This document shows positions 24,721 through 39,397 of a DNA stretch of 64,000 nt, one piece after another. The notes beneath the pieces were generated by a model. That model was not told the DNA's origin and ran no database searches. It worked only from the letters and a program-made list of their open reading frames with translations. Made by a program: the position numbers and the translations under genes. The DNA is from Octopus sinensis (Eukaryota): NCBI RefSeq assembly GCF_006345805.1, contig NC_043000.1, forward strand, positions 117,118,001-117,182,000, given 5' to 3'. Positions within the stretch are counted from its first letter, which is position 1. Every line of letters begins with the position of its first letter.

Positions 24721-26675
24721 TAGATTTCGCGCCCGTGTAACCGCCAGTCTATCGCGTGTGGTGGATGGATCTTCAAGTTGCACGTGTGTGTTTGTGCACG
24801 TGTCTACGTTTGTGTGTATTTGCGTATAGATCTATATGTATATATTTTTGTGTACCATTCATTATGTCTTTTAGCATAATGATTAATATTTAGCTGTAGA
24901 TGCAAACGTAGGTAGTATCTGCCGAAATAAGGCAGATGCGACAGTTATGTCATGAGAATATAAACTTCAGAGAAATCGTCCGAAATGCGTGCAGTGCAAA
25001 ATACTTGACGGGCAACAAATCTAAACGGGACCAAAATGATCCAAACTCGACACTTCAAGGTGAAGTCGAAAGACGTTTCGTGTATTTACGTCATAAGGAT
25101 CTAGAAATTTCGAGAGAAAGTAACATTCGTTTCTAACTGGTGAACTCGATATAAATAAAGCTATAAATAATGTGTAATATTGGGTTAAAAACCCCTTTGG
25201 CTTGAAAATATCGGTAAACATTCTGTACGTTCTACCATTGAACCTTAGCAATCCTGAAAATATGGCAGGGAATTCAGCGTTTGCTTAGAAACGTAGCATT
25301 AACAAGCGGTCCTTTTAACGGCATGGTTCCCTCTATTCACGCCACGAACAACAGCAACGACAGCCGGTCAAGAATTTGGACCTGGAGATCTCCATTTCCA
25401 GCGACTTCGAGGGCCACCTCCCAGTGGTGTCGGGCGTCAACGAAGAGCCCTCGACTACAACAAGACGACCAAAGTTTTTTTTCTTCCAAGGTCTGGGATC
25501 TCCAGCCCCTAAGCCCTAGACCATCACCTAATCATCCTTACCCGTCTTGTTGCTTAACAACAACAACAACAACAGCAACGACAACAATAAAACCTCTCCT
25601 GTAGCTTCTGGTAATATGACGATGCAAAATTAGTTTCCTTTGTCTATAAGATGATATTGCAAAATATATTTTATGAGTTTTGATGATTCCAAGATGGATT
25701 TCAAAGAAATCGACTCTAAAACTTACTGGAAATATTACCATTTTCCTCGTCCTAGTTTTATTGTTACCGTCATTGTTCCTGCTATCGATATTATTGTTGT
25801 TCATATTTCAGCTCGTACTTTTTGTTGTTCATTTTTTTTTCCAAATTTCTTTCCAAATATTAGAAGAAAAGGTAAAATCTTAAATTCTAGTTTTAAACAA
25901 TATGCTAAATTAAATGTAAATCTAAAGTTAAAATATTCTTTATATCCTTATCTCTTCTTAAATAAAATAAAAAAAACAAAATTGCTAACGGGAATTTTCT
26001 TGGATTCCTAGATAAATGAACATAAAGGTTGTTGTTAAAATGTACAAAATCAAAACATTCGAAAAAAAAAATGTAAACCTAAAGAAAATTATTAGTTAGA
26101 CAGCTGGAAGCAAAATTGATGTTAACATCTTCCGTTTGCGAAATATAGAAGATATCTCGTATTAAAGAATACTGTAAAGGCTCCGAGAACAAGCAGCACT
26201 GAATGCTAATGACAATGCTCAATGGACGAATAAACAGAACACTATCGCATGATCGCTCTTATCAATAACGAATGAGACTAACACTGACCATATTATAATA
26301 AATCAGCTAATTTTGTATTAGTTTAAAATTTGCTGTTTCTGAACATGCTTGATAGTTATGAAAGAATACTGAATAATAATAAGGATATAATTTTCAGCAG
26401 GGATAAAGCCAATTACTATTGTTGTAGGGTGATGTGATTAAGCATTAGAGCTATGACCGCACTCATATATTTTCATTCACTAATCACCATTTTAATTTCG
26501 AGAGGTTGTAGCTAGACGATTAGGTGTGCTAATTTTTGTCAACTTTATCGCCAAGTGAGACATGAACGAAACTCAGAAATCGATAGCGGCGAGATTGGAA
26601 CTTGGAAGATCGAGTTAAATAAATCAAGTAATTGTTCTGTTTATTTTGATCTGCGAATCGCATAATAATATTTTC

Positions 26676-26895
26676 TTTTCTACTCTAGGCAAAAGTACGC
26701 AACTGGTACTTAATTTATCGATCCCGAAAGGATGAAAGGCAAAGTCGACCTCGGCGGAACTTGAAATCAGAACATAAAGACAGACGAAATACCTATTTCT
26801 TTATACCCACAAGGGTCTAAGCCTAGAATGGACAAATAAGGACATACAAAGGGATTAAGTCGATTATATAGACCCCAGTGCGCAACTGGTACTTA
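26676..26895 (-). mobile_element. SINE family A fragment (dimer junction)
   Basis: Core homology to family A. Confidence 0.75.
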
Positions 26896-26991
26896 AAGAT
26901 GACCTGTTTAAAACATTTAGCCGCTCGAATGACTTTATGAGGGTTTTTGTGGAAATAAATCTAACTTTAGCAATAGTAGGATGAATCACGT

Positions 26992-27282
26992 GGAGGCGCA
27001 ATGGCCCAGTGGTTAGGGCAGTGGATTCGCGGTCGGAGGATCGCAGTTTCGATTCCCAGACCGGGCGTTGAGTGTGTTTATTGAGCGAAAACACCTAAAA
27101 GCTCCACGAGGCTCCGGCAGGGGGTAGGGGCGACCCCTGTTGTACTCTTTCGCCACCACTTTTTCTTCTTGTTTCTTGAGTAACTCTGTGGCGGACTGGC
27201 GTCTCGTCCAGCTGGAGGGAACACATACGCCACAGAAACCGGGAAACCGGGCCCATGAGCCTGGCTACACTTGAAAAGGGCG
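26992..27282 (+). mobile_element. SINE family C
   Basis: Same head as 24381; the tail GACTGGCGTCTCGTCCAGCTGG..CTTGAAAAGGGCG is also seen at ~2763-2835. Confidence 0.85.
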
Positions 27283-28024
27283 ACAAAATAAAAAATAATA
27301 AAAAGGATAAATCACAGCAGGCGTACCCATTCTTTTTACCGATTATAGTTCTCTCGAAAGAAAAGTGCGACACACAAAATCGTTTATGTTCATTAGAAAT
27401 TCGGAGTTTTCTATATTTATAGTATCTGAAATGCTTAGTGTAGAGATAAGATTTTTCTCTTAATCAACTCCTCTGCGACTAGATTCCATCTAAATTGGTG
27501 TGACTTTCCTTCCACCATCTTTGAGAATGACGTTAACATCTCAATACGCTTGTTCTTCTCCCATTTATATCACTAACTTAGTGCACAGCGAATGTCATCA
27601 GTGTTTTAACATATGTATGTTCGTGGTCTTATACGTTCATTAAAGGTCATACCACTAAGAATATTTTCTTTCCCTAATCCCACAACAAAATTAGATTTGT
27701 CACGTTGTCTAGCATTATTGACAGAAATAACTATATCGAAATCATTTAGAATCTCTAGAGAAAGCAACATAAAATCAATATTTCAAATTTATCTCAACAG
27801 TTCGGAGAAACTATGGATGTTATCTTGTGTGTGCAACGTTAGGTGTTGCCCTCCGTGCTTCAGGCTACGTGGAACGTATTTTGCATGGCTTTATTTGACT
27901 CATTAAGAAGTATTGTTGTTAAGAAAAAGACAATTTTGATACTACATTAACAGTAGCGAGGAAATAAGTTTATCGTAAAAATAAGATATGCAGTGATGCT
28001 GTAATTTATACAGCTGTGACAAGA

Positions 28025-28386
28025 AATATTGGTCTCAAATTTTGGCACAAGGCTAGCAAGTTCGGAGACGATTTAAGACAATTACATAGACCCCGGTCTT
28101 TAACTGGTACTTGTTTTATTGACCCCCGACAAAATGAAAGACCTCGGCGGAATTTGACTTCAGAAAATAAAGACGAACCTAATGCCTATTTCTTTACTAC
28201 CCACAAGAGGAGACAAACAAGGACTGACAGACGGATTAAGTCGATTATATCGACCCCAGTGCGTAACTGGTACTTGTTTTATCGACCCTCGACAAAATGA
28301 AAGACCTCGGCGGAATTTGACTTCAGAACTTAAAGTGCCGCTTATCACTTTGCTCGGGGTGTTAACGATTCAGCCAGATCGCTGCC
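28025..28386 (-). mobile_element. SINE family A variant, dimeric
   Basis: Two copies of TAACTGGTACTTGTTTTAT..GACAAAATGAAAGACCTCGGCGGAATTTGA. Confidence 0.75.
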
Positions 28387-29139
28387 TTTGGAACAAGATG
28401 TACTGCTGCATCAAAAATGAGCTGAGAAAACGCATGTCTCATATTTGAGCAGGAAACAGTAAGGCTATGAACGATAACCTGGTGATTTAATCAGTTGACT
28501 AAAGTAGCTCCAATTTCTGGAAATCATGATTTGGATAACAATATATCAAGTTTAAACAGAATTTTGTGGCTTTTACAGAAAGTTACTCTAACTTATTCAG
28601 CTAACAAACCACATAGTCATCCAACACAGACGAGTATAATACAAATTATTATGCAGCTGAAATCGTCAGGAGGTATCAGAGGGGAATATATTTAATTAGC
28701 TACTTGACATCTTTAGGAGTACGGCCATTCCACAGCCTTCTTCCTGTAATAATAATTTCAGAGTATAATAAATTATGTTTATATGTCTGCATTAATATGC
28801 ATGCGACACATTATTTTTCTACTCTAGGCACAAGGCCAGGAATTTTTTGTGGGGGGCAGTCGATTAGATCAACCCCAGTACGCAACTGGTACTTAATTTA
28901 TGGACCAATTCACCCAGGTAAAGAGAAAAAATAACGAATCCTGCGTGAGTTGGGAGTATTACTGTCTGGGAGATATCCTATGGTAGTGGAATAGTATTTA
29001 ACTGCTATTTCTAAATTTCGGTATGTCGTGAAGCAATTTTGCTGAATCCAAATTATGATTATGCTCATAATTATAAAATTTATATATATTATATATATAT
29101 ATATATAATATATATTATATATATATATATATTATATAT

Positions 29140-29172
<33 letters not shown>

Positions 29173-29387
29173 TATATATATATATATAATATATATATAT
29201 AATATATAATAATAAATATTAGGGAATAAATCCAAATTAACAGGGAAAAATCAGATTTAGGATTAAATCCAATTTTATAGTAAAATATTATATAATATTA
29301 ATTCGAGACAAAACCACTATTTTGCAAATCAAACAAGGAAAGACTTAATCAATACATAAAAAATTTTAATATAAAGTAAATAAACCG

Positions 29388-29431
29388 CCACTACAATTGT
29401 TTCATGTCTTCAAATGACATTCGTCAGGTGG
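29388..29431 (-). ncRNA. Minimal type I hammerhead ribozyme
   Basis: Reverse complement of 29499-29542. Confidence 0.9.
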
Positions 29432-29498
29432 ATTCCCGATTTTTAATCAGTTTTCATTTATGAAGTCATAAATGAAAACTGATTAGAAGATCGGGAAT

Positions 29499-29542
29499 CC
29501 ACCTGACGAATGTCATTTGAAGACATGAAACAATTGTAGTGG
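29499..29542 (+). ncRNA. Minimal type I hammerhead ribozyme
   Basis: ccac-CTGACGA-ATGTC-atttgaa-GACAT-GAAAC-aatt-GTA-gtgg. Confidence 0.9.
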
Positions 29543-29628
29543 CGGTTTATTTACTTTAAATTAAAATTTGTTATGTATTGATTAAGTCTTTCCTTGTTTG
29601 ATTTGCAAAATAGTGGTTTTGTCTCGAA

Positions 29629-30082
<454 letters not shown>

Positions 30083-30610
30083 CTAATAACGACATCCATC
30101 AGCACCGCATACGCAACATAGGTTCTGCAACTTAGCCCCAAAAGAGGAGGAATTAATAGGTTCCTAGCTATGATGATGCTTCCTCTCCCTCTGTACGTTA
30201 TATAACGATTTTTTATACTGGTGGTTGGCAACAGAATATAGCTGTAATATCCTCGACACTGGGTATCATAATAAACATCACACTCTACATGGCAGAATAA
30301 ATATAGTAATATCTTAACCACAGATAAACCCAACAGTGCTCCAAATATAGAACGTACAAATAAAACTAGAAGGCACAGGTTACGTAAGAGAAATATGGTT
30401 CAACCCGCTTTACGGACTACATATGGCTACTGATACAGTGGGTATCTTCTTTAAGACACTAGATAATATAAGATCTTTCATAGACACACGTTAACTCAAC
30501 TGATTGTATTGCACCAAAATTAGCCGAGATTTATAAGAAATTTTACGATAGTAATATCAACAGGAATCCGTTAAATCTAGGAACTAAAAATAATAGCCTC
30601 GATTATATAT

Positions 30611-30934
30611 ATTTCTTTACTACCCACGTAACTGGTAATTAATTTATGATGAAAGGCAAAGTCGACATCGGCGGAATTTGAACTCAGAACTTAACGGCAG
30701 ACGAAATACCTATTTTTTTACTACCCACAAGGGGCTAAACACAGAGAGAACAAAGAAGGACAGACAAACGGATTAAGTCAATTACATCGACCCCAGTGCA
30801 TAACTGGTACTTGTTTTATCGAACCCCGACAAAATGAAAGACCTCGGCGGAATTTGAACTCAGAACATAACGGCAGACGAAATACTGCCAAGCATTTCGC
30901 CCGGCGTGCTAACGATTCTGCTAGCTCGCCACCT
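30611..30934 (-). mobile_element. SINE family A, dimeric, partly deleted
   Basis: Family A homology. Confidence 0.8.
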
Positions 30935-31354
30935 TGTTAATACTAATAAGGAACCCTTTCATTAAATAGGGGCTCCACCACTTCCTTTATCGTGATCATA
31001 TGATCATGTCTACTCATTAAAGAACCAAGGTACACAGAAAACTGTCTCCCTAACTGAAGTGTTATTGACCTTAAAAAAGAGAAAAATCACGCATGAAATT
31101 TCTTGTTCTGTGTGTATAACGACTTTTCGCAACGTGGGTGGATAGTGAGTGGGAGTGAATGCAATCTATGCGCCCTGGAAACACTAGAAATTTTGAGCCA
31201 TGAATATAATCTTGTAAACAAGCATAACGCGTTTCCAATTGGCTGCCCTCACAAATATAAGACTTTGTGTAAGATGTCATTAGCCTAAATTTATACCAAT
31301 TTCTTTTAATCATCAGTTCTCTTTGTAGTGTTATATTGTTATACTCACCATCTT

Positions 31355-31488
31355 GGTCGACTTCGCCTTTCATCCTTTCGGAGTCGATAAATAAAATACC
31401 ACACTGGGGTCGATGTAATCGACTTAATCCCTTTGTCTGTTCTTGTTTGTCCCTTCTGTGTTTAGCCCCTTGTGGGCAGTAAAGAAAT
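31355..31488 (+). mobile_element. SINE family A, 3' part
   Basis: Family A core and tail. Confidence 0.75.
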
Positions 31489-32001
31489 TTATATTCACCA
31501 TCTCTGTCAGTGTCCCCTCGTGTGTCTATTCTTTCTCCTCTGTAAAACTTAAACTCTATAATTTAAGATTTGATATCTTTTCTAGGACTCAGGAATCCGT
31601 AACACTTATTCAGTAATTAATATCGATACAGATCCCTCATTCCAAATGCGCCCAAATCCATGTTGGTTAAACATTTATATTTGCATTTCTTTCTTCCATC
31701 AGATATTCCTCTATTATTATTCCCCATAAACACAAACTTTGAGTCCCACAATTGTGTACAATTTTCTGAATACTATATTGTTGTTGGCATCCTTTTTACC
31801 TCGAGAGACAATGGAGTTGCGCATAGTATAATCTAGTCCGGCTTTTACATTTCATGTCCTAATACATCTCCTGCTGTGGCTGTGTAGTCCTATCCTAGAC
31901 AAACACTCCCTCTGGCAGGTGCCGCAAATGTAGCGAAGACTTTGCCTGGCTGGTTGTAATGCCATACTTTCTTGTTGACGTCTTTTCTTGTCTTTCCATT
32001 T

Positions 32002-32035
<34 letters not shown>

Positions 32036-32107
32036 TTGTGTTCCCTCCTTTACGGTACGTCGTCAATCTCCACGTACCGTAAAAAAGTCAACACAAAGGA
32101 GTAACAA

Positions 32108-32150
<43 letters not shown>

Positions 32151-32325
32151 AGAGAGGAGAAATGGAAAGAGTCCCACAATTGTGTGCAAATCTCTGGATA
32201 CCATGACATTAAGTTTAATATATATTTTGGTACGTTTATATTTTTATATTATTATACTCATATATACTTATGCCTATACCCTATGTTCTACAACGTATAT
32301 ACCATATTGTTATATTTTTAATCTA

Positions 32326-32740
32326 AGGCGGCGAGCTGACGGAAACGTTAGCACGCCGGGCGAAATACTTAGCAGTATTTCGTTTGCCGTTACGTTCTGA
32401 TTTCAAATTCCACCGAGGTCGACTTTGCCTTTCATCCTTTCGGGATCGATTAAATAAGTAGCAGTTACGCACTGGGGTCGATGTAATCGACTTAATCTGT
32501 GTGTCTGTCCTTGTTTGTCCCCTCTATGTGTAGCCCCTTGTGTGTAGTAAAGAAATAGGTATTTCGTCTGTCGTTACGTTCTGAGTTCAAATTCCGTCGA
32601 GGTCGACTTTGCCTTTCATCCTTTCGCGGTCGATAAATTAAGTACCAGTTACGCACTGGGGTCGATATAATCGACTTAATCCGTTTGTCTGTCCTTGTTT
32701 GTCCCCTCTATGTTTAGTTCCTTGTGGGCAGTAAAGAAAT
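32326..32740 (+). mobile_element. SINE family A, dimeric, ~20-bp TSD
   Basis: ATATACCATATTGTTATATT duplicated on both flanks. Confidence 0.9.
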
Positions 32741-33855
32741 ATATACCATATTGTTATATTGTTTGTTTGTTGTTATTTCTCTATAGTATATTAGATTGTT
32801 GTATTTCATTTTATTCCAATGTACTTTATATAATTGCCAACCAGGCTGTTTTCTGTACCAATTTTTATCCTTGCACTATTCAATTCATAACCCTGGCATT
32901 TTCGGATGCCTAAGATAGCTGTAATCTTGACAAACCTTGGAAATTAAATTCTCTAAACATTTTTATAGTGAATCCTTTCCAAAATGGTAATCATAGATTT
33001 TAAATTTCATTCCTATCGAAAAAACTTTAATACTTTAACTTCAAATTACAAGGTATTCTAACTTTTCCTCGCAGCTACATTTTTCCATCGTTGTTCGAGG
33101 TTGCATTCCTAATACTTTTTTCAATTTTGTTTTCTGAAATCTGAATTTTTGCGTCCTCCATATTTTCATCATAAAATTTTTGACCCGTTATTAATATTGA
33201 TTTTTTTTCTTGTTGTACAGGTACAACATAGCTTTTCCTGCTACTTTGGTTCCAAGGTCTTTCATAGTTATTCCGAACCAGGTGTGCACACCTAGGTAAA
33301 CAAATTTTTAACTTATCCAATTAAATGAAATACAGGTAACTCTACATCAGTATAAATGATACAAGTTTATTAATACTATACTGTGCAAACTACTTTGAAG
33401 AAGAGCCGTCCAATATACTAACCAGTCTGGTGGCCACGAAAATCTGAAGTGCCTGCTCGTATACTAATGCGGATTATAGAAGGTTCTGGAAAATGAGTAT
33501 CCGGAAAGTCGATGTTAGCATTCTTTTTCCCTCCTACTTTGTATTATTGGTTAATTTCCATCTCTCAATAACTTTAATTTTAAAGTTTTAATCTCTGCTT
33601 TCTAATATTCCCTTTTTAACCTCTAACTCTATAGTTATTACTTTCTGAGATGCATTCATAACTTAAGCATCTTATTAGTCACATGATTTTCTTTTGTTCC
33701 ATTGTATTGGGTGTAACTTAACCACTAATCCATTACATTTACATTTGTTTTTCATATGCAAAATTTTAATCCCAGGTTCCCTATATTTCCCAGTATTTCC
33801 TTATTTCTCAACCATATGCTCTAAATGTAGCTTTGGTTATATTATTCCCTGAACC

Positions 33856-33896
<41 letters not shown>

Positions 33897-33968
33897 ATTT
33901 TGATTTTTCCAGTTTCAGCTTATGAGCTGTGGCCATGCTGGGGCACCGCCATTTATATATTATATATA

Positions 33969-34006
<38 letters not shown>

Positions 34007-34042
34007 TATATATTATATATATATATATACATATATATATAT

Positions 34043-34225
34043 GGAGAGTTCACGAAAAAACAAAAGACGAAGACAGAAGGAGTACAAAACAAACAGATGT
34101 ATTAGTATAACGCTCAGGAATAGAAAAAGTCTTTTAGGTTTCGAGCCTATGCTCTTCTACAGAAAGGGACATTGAAAAAACAAGGAGAGAAAAAAGCGTG
34201 TAGTGGCTAACGATCTATCATGGCG
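34043..34225 (-). mobile_element. Short PLE-like repeat with variant hammerhead (34131-34166)
   Basis: Family also at 42312-42502, 43710-43830, 48270-48440 and 58658-58840; this copy has a substitution in helix III. Confidence 0.6.
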
Positions 34226-34509
34226 TCTGCTAGATCTTCTATATATATATGTATTCACACAATAGAGCTAGAGGACATAAAGTTTTATAGGCCGTCACAT
34301 GACTCTAGTATTACAACCACATCTTATAATTGTTTCATTTACCCTGGGATTACACCTCTTCTTTGTTTCTCTTCTTTTCGTGTCATCTTGTTCTACTTCA
34401 TCTCGTTCCCTTAACTTATGCCAAATGGAAATGATATCCGCCTTTTTTCTTTCCATCACTAAGTATATTAAACCTCAGTGATCATTCACCTCCATAGACC
34501 TTTAATATC

Positions 34510-34722
34510 CTTTTCTATTCTAGGCACAAGGCCCGAAATTTTTGGGGTGGGGGCCAGTCGATTAGATCAACCTCAGTACGCAAGCGGTACTTAATTTATC
34601 GACCCCCAAAGGATGAAAGGCAAAGTCGACCTCGACGGAATTTGAACTCAGAACGTAACGGCAGACGAAATACCGCTAAGCATTTTGCCCGACGTGCTAA
34701 CGTTTCTGCTAGCTCGCCGCCT
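34510..34722 (-). mobile_element. SINE family A head and core with alternative tail
   Basis: Tail CCCCCACCCCAAAAATTTCGGGCCTTGTGCCTAGAATAGAAAA differs from the usual family A tail. Confidence 0.85.
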
Positions 34723-35079
34723 TTCATAGACCATAGAACTTTAATATCGTTATATCCTTCATTCCTCATACCTCAAATAGTCTTCGGAACACGATTACAA
34801 TGCGTCCGTTGAAACTAATATAACCGATATGCATTTGGTGTCCTGTTATCAAACTCTTCTGCCTCCTATCATCACCCTTCTAATTCTAAATCTCTGCTTT
34901 CCTTTAATTCTACGATTCAAGTAACCAAGTTATGAACTCAACCCCTTAATATATTTGAGTTTTACTGACTAATTAACTAATTAGTTGACTCTTTTCTTAC
35001 TATTTTAGCATGTTACCAACTCACTTGATTAACTCACTCGTTCCGAAGAAGAGTGCATACTTGTCCATTTGGCCCTTTG

Positions 35080-35482
35080 CTTCTTTTACTCTCTTACTTG
35101 ACTGTGGCCATAATGGAGCACTGCCTTTAGTTGAGCAAATCGACCTTGGGTCTTATTCTTTGGACGCCTAGTACTTATTCTATCGGTCTCTTTTGCCGAA
35201 CCGCTAAGTTACGGGGACGTAAGCACCATCATCAGTTGTCAAGCAACGTTGGGGTAACAAATACAAACACATAAGCACACACACATACATACATATATAT
35301 ATATATACACACATATATATATACGACGGGCTTCTTTCAGTTTTCGTCTACCAAATCCACTCACAATGCTTTGGTCGGCCCGAGGCTATAATAGAAGACA
35401 CCTGCCCAAGGTACACACAGTGGGAATGAACCCGGAACCATGTGGTTGGTGAGCAAGCTACTTACCACACAGCCACTCCTGT
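35080..35482 (-). mobile_element. SINE family B
   Basis: Homologous to 44081-44528. Confidence 0.85.
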
Positions 35483-36123
35483 CTGTTCACATTATTTTCA
35501 TAAATTTGTCCTAAATGTCCATACTTGTTTTGTGACCTTTTAGTTAGCCCTTGTTTCTTACGGTCTGGGTAACATAAAGCATTCTTTTCATAAAACTGAA
35601 GTTATTCCGGTAGTTTAAGAAATTGAGGTACGTCGTGTCGCTTATCAAAGGTTTGTTAAATTTGTTTAATGTTGTGAATTTTTGTTAAAACTCTGAATGC
35701 ATTACCGTGTGAAGAGGAGGATTTCCACAATGTGCCTTGAAGGGCATAATTTGGCAGTGTGATTTTATTTGCTCATATTTGCTTTTTGTTTTGTTTTTGT
35801 TTGTTTTTTTTTCTCTTTCTGTTGGAATTGTGAAATTGATAACGCCTAATAACAGTCTCAGTGACGAGGTAGCAGAAATAATAGCTCATAACATTACAAA
35901 CTTTATTAGGGGAACATTACTCTCCGCCACGAAAGTTGTTCAAGGTGGCTATAAGAAGCAGTGTATGCACAAGAAGCAAAAGAATTAGGGGGAGGAGAAA
36001 AGAAGAAGAACAACAACAATAACAACAAAAAACAGCAACAAGAGTAACAACAACAATACCAATAACTTTCCAAACGAAAATATTCCCCGAGAAGAGTCCA
36101 CTAGTACCAGCAATACCAATATA

Positions 36124-36520
36124 TGTTTCTTTATTAGCCACACAGGGCTGCACACAGACGGGACAGATTACAAAGTAGAGATTTTCTTTTTGGGGGAGAA
36201 AAAAAAAGGTGGGTTAGGTTTTCGATCAAAAGGGATCGTAAAAGGGAAAGAAAGAAAAAAGAATGATCAATAGGGATCGTGTATCACAATAATATCATGA
36301 TATAAAGTCTAAAGGGGGAAGCAGATAGGGTTTATCCGTGGAAAGAAAAGCCTACGGAAAAGACCACGGTAAAATCGGTCAATGATGTTACATGTTACCA
36401 CATTTGTTTGCGAGTAGGTAACACTCTGTTTTAAATTTTTCCGGGTTCATAGGATTATGCTTAAGGTGGCTTCGTCATTCATACGTGCCATCCTTGCTAC
36501 ATTCACCCATCTTTTTTTGA
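36124..36520 (-). mobile_element. LINE 3' end (L1/Tx1-like, tentative)
   Basis: ORF end KKRWVNVARMARMNDEATLSIIL*, then a 3' UTR ending in GTGGCTAATAAAGAAAC; second copy at 8424-8538. Confidence 0.55.
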
Positions 36521-37271
36521 AACCAATATAGAAACCAGCTGTTGCAGCAGGACGGACCCAAGAACTAAGAATAACAACAGTAACGATGGCGAAGTAACAA
36601 CAACAAGAGTACCATTAGCAACAACAACAGTAACGTTGTCGCCATAAACATCACCTCTTATTTATAACATATATATCTACATTTCCTTTCTAAGGATTTT
36701 TGCGTTTAAAGGATACTTCATCGTCTATTTATAGCAAGTCGACACTCCACAAAACAGCTCTATGTAGCCCCGCACCATTTCCTTCTTAGGATGCTATTTG
36801 TAGTAGGTGGGAAAAACTATCTAACGTTTCGGAAAGATCACTTCCTCAAATAAGATCTTGGAAGAAAATGCGTTAAAACTTTTATAAAACTCAGTGCAGT
36901 ATAATGAGGGGGGGCGAGGATAGGGACAGAAACCGTAAAGAGAAGGGGGCATAGAAAGTAGGCTAATGAGAAGAAAGAGAAAAAAACATTATAGAACTAG
37001 AATTCTGAAAGAAAACTGAAAGACTTTGTTTTGGAATGCCTAGCAAATAAATGTCGGTAATTAAACTTTTATTTTAACAACTTCTCTTTTGTTTTTCTGT
37101 CTTTATCTAACCATTATTTGCTTCACAGCACGACAAGTGACACTTCACACAACAATCTTTTTTTTTTACCAAAACCGTGTAATTTGTTTTTGTTTTTTTT
37201 TTAAATGCTCTTCCGCAAGCACATAGTCATACACAAAATGCAAACATATGATGATATCGTTTATCGTTTGC

Positions 37272-37738
37272 CTTTTACTTGTTTCATTGATTAGACTGCG
37301 GCGATGCTGGGACATCGACCTGATGAAGAATCTTTAGTCTAATAAACTGATTACTTATGTTTTATAAGCTTGGAACCTATTCAATCGGCCCTCCTTTGCT
37401 GAACCGCTAGGTTACGGAGACGTAAACACACCAACACCGGTTGTCAAACGGTAGTAGGGGACAACCACATATACAAAGACACACACATACATACATACAC
37501 ACTCACACACATATATATATACTATATATATGCGTTCTTATATTCCTTTATTTGTTTCAGTCATTTGACTGTGACCATGCTGGAGCACCGCCTTTAGTCG
37601 AACAAATCGACCACTGAACCTATTATTTGAAAGCCTAGTTCTTATTCTATTGGTCTCTTTTGTCGAACCGCTAAAATACGGGAAAATAAACAAACCAACA
37701 CTGATTTCAAGCGATGGTAGGGGGACAAACACAGACAG

Positions 37739-37752
<14 letters not shown>
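37272..37752 (-). mobile_element. Two adjacent SINE family B 3' halves
   Basis: GAACCGCTA..GTAAACACACCAACACCGG..GGGGACAA occurs twice. Confidence 0.75.
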
Positions 37753-37772
<20 letters not shown>

Positions 37773-39003
37773 GTTTATATATTATTTTTCCAAATGGGGT
37801 TAACAACTTACAGTGCAATCCAGTGTGGACACGAAGTGTAATCCCAGACATATCTCATTGTAACCATGCCTCCATTTTAAAGGTAATATCCTTTGAAACA
37901 CTCGGAACCTGATGTTCGCGAGGGAAAGAAAACGAGATGATGCGGCATTTATATCCTTGAGAAAAGCGTACACGATATGAATACAGTGAAATTGTTTCAA
38001 TCGGGATTTGAAACTATATACTTTATAGAATTTAATAAAAACCTTCTGTACCACAGCTTAAATTCGGTTATCGTTTTGATAAATCTACGAAGCCTCATAC
38101 GATTAGAGAAAAATTCAGTGATATGTAACCTGTTGATTCGAATTAACAGAGATCATTTTGTTGGAGTTTTCTCAAACTCTAGAATCAGTGGAAATGATCT
38201 ATATAAAACAAAAAACCTGACCGATTTTTTTTTCTATTCATCAGACATTTTTTACTAACCTGATAATAAAATTACTGTACATTCGTTAAGTTTTTTTTTA
38301 TGTAAAGAAACAAGTTTATACAAGTTGCAACACTGAATAACACGTCTTAGATTATTTTGTTAATTAGAATTCAGAAGCAATGAAATTGTCGCCAATGTTC
38401 AGAATCATAGACTATCAGCAGTGACATCTCGGGATTTCTTTTATTCTTTTTCTCTTTTTCACATCTTGAAGATGCATTCGACTGTTTTACTGTTTAACTT
38501 TGCTTTTACATGTATAGAACATAGTGAAAATAATATGTGACACATAATATAAACTTATTGATATTAAGAAAGTAATCGTATATAATATGTCAAGCTTCCA
38601 AAATTCAAAATAAGAAAAATATTACATGTGGTGTTTTTTTAATATTCACTAAAAGCAAACATCATCTGACGTCGGATGAAATATAGAAATAAATATTATA
38701 TCTAGAAATGCACGAGCCGTATAAATGCATTAATGCACACATAAAAACGAAGATGTCTAATCTACAAACTTAGCTGTATAACTACAAAAGAAGTAGCTGG
38801 AAGGTGTAACAACTTATAATAATGTTGCCTTAACCCTTTGCCTGTCCAAGGCAGTTTCGTACATTTGTCCTCAAACGTCCACGCTCGTTTCCCGGCTTTT
38901 AGTTAGCCATCGTTTAATACGTTTATCAGTAATATAAAGCTTTCTTTTCGTAAGTCCCTGGTTATTCTGGTGGTTGAAAAAAATAGGGAATATTTATCAT
39001 ATA

Positions 39004-39397
39004 CTAGCAGTATCGCCCGGCGTTGCTCAGGTTTGTTTCGACCCTTTAGAATTGGAATTTTTGAAAAGTAAAAATTTTGCATTATGTAGCTTGTTATTCT
39101 CTTTAAGTGAACGTTTTTTTCTGGTTGAACTACACCGAAAAATGGCGACACAGCAGTAAAAAGATTGTAAAAAATAGGGATTTTCATAGAAAAAAAGCAC
39201 CTTTTTTATGTAAATAATGTTTGGTGTTAACATGGTCTGATTTGAATTTTTTCTTCTACGGAAGGAAGAGCAAGCCTTCTTCTACCATACTTTCAATTTT
39301 GGTCAACTTGCACCGCAGGGTCTCAGAGGAGATAGTGTTAGTTGAAGGCTACCAAACCTGCCATACAGAGACAACTTCAGCTTTACATATATAGAGA
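39004..39397 (-). mobile_element. Non-autonomous Helitron
   Basis: Same 3' end as 2938-3238 and 61947-62453 (GAGCAACGCCGGGCGATACTGCTAG|T) with a different body; 5' TCTCTATATATG. Confidence 0.75.

Larger units (their letters stand above)
29215..29639. mobile_element. Penelope-pLTR-like palindrome with two divergent hammerheads
   Basis: Near-perfect ~173-bp arms 29290-29463 / 29466-29639; the left arm is extended to 29215; (TA)n flanks. Confidence 0.85.
32850..34900 (-). pseudogene. Very old, fragmented APE-RT LINE (RTE-like), interrupted by younger inserts
   Basis: Weak motifs only: ISFNGRI (~GDFNGHV), GVIPG (~KVIPGE), ISENKIEKSIR..GK (~ITEEEV.KAI..GKA). Confidence 0.35.

Noticed and set aside
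24936-25604. Non-repetitive ORFs of 66-107 aa
   Set aside because: No motif recognised; cannot be told apart from chance ORFs or TE debris.
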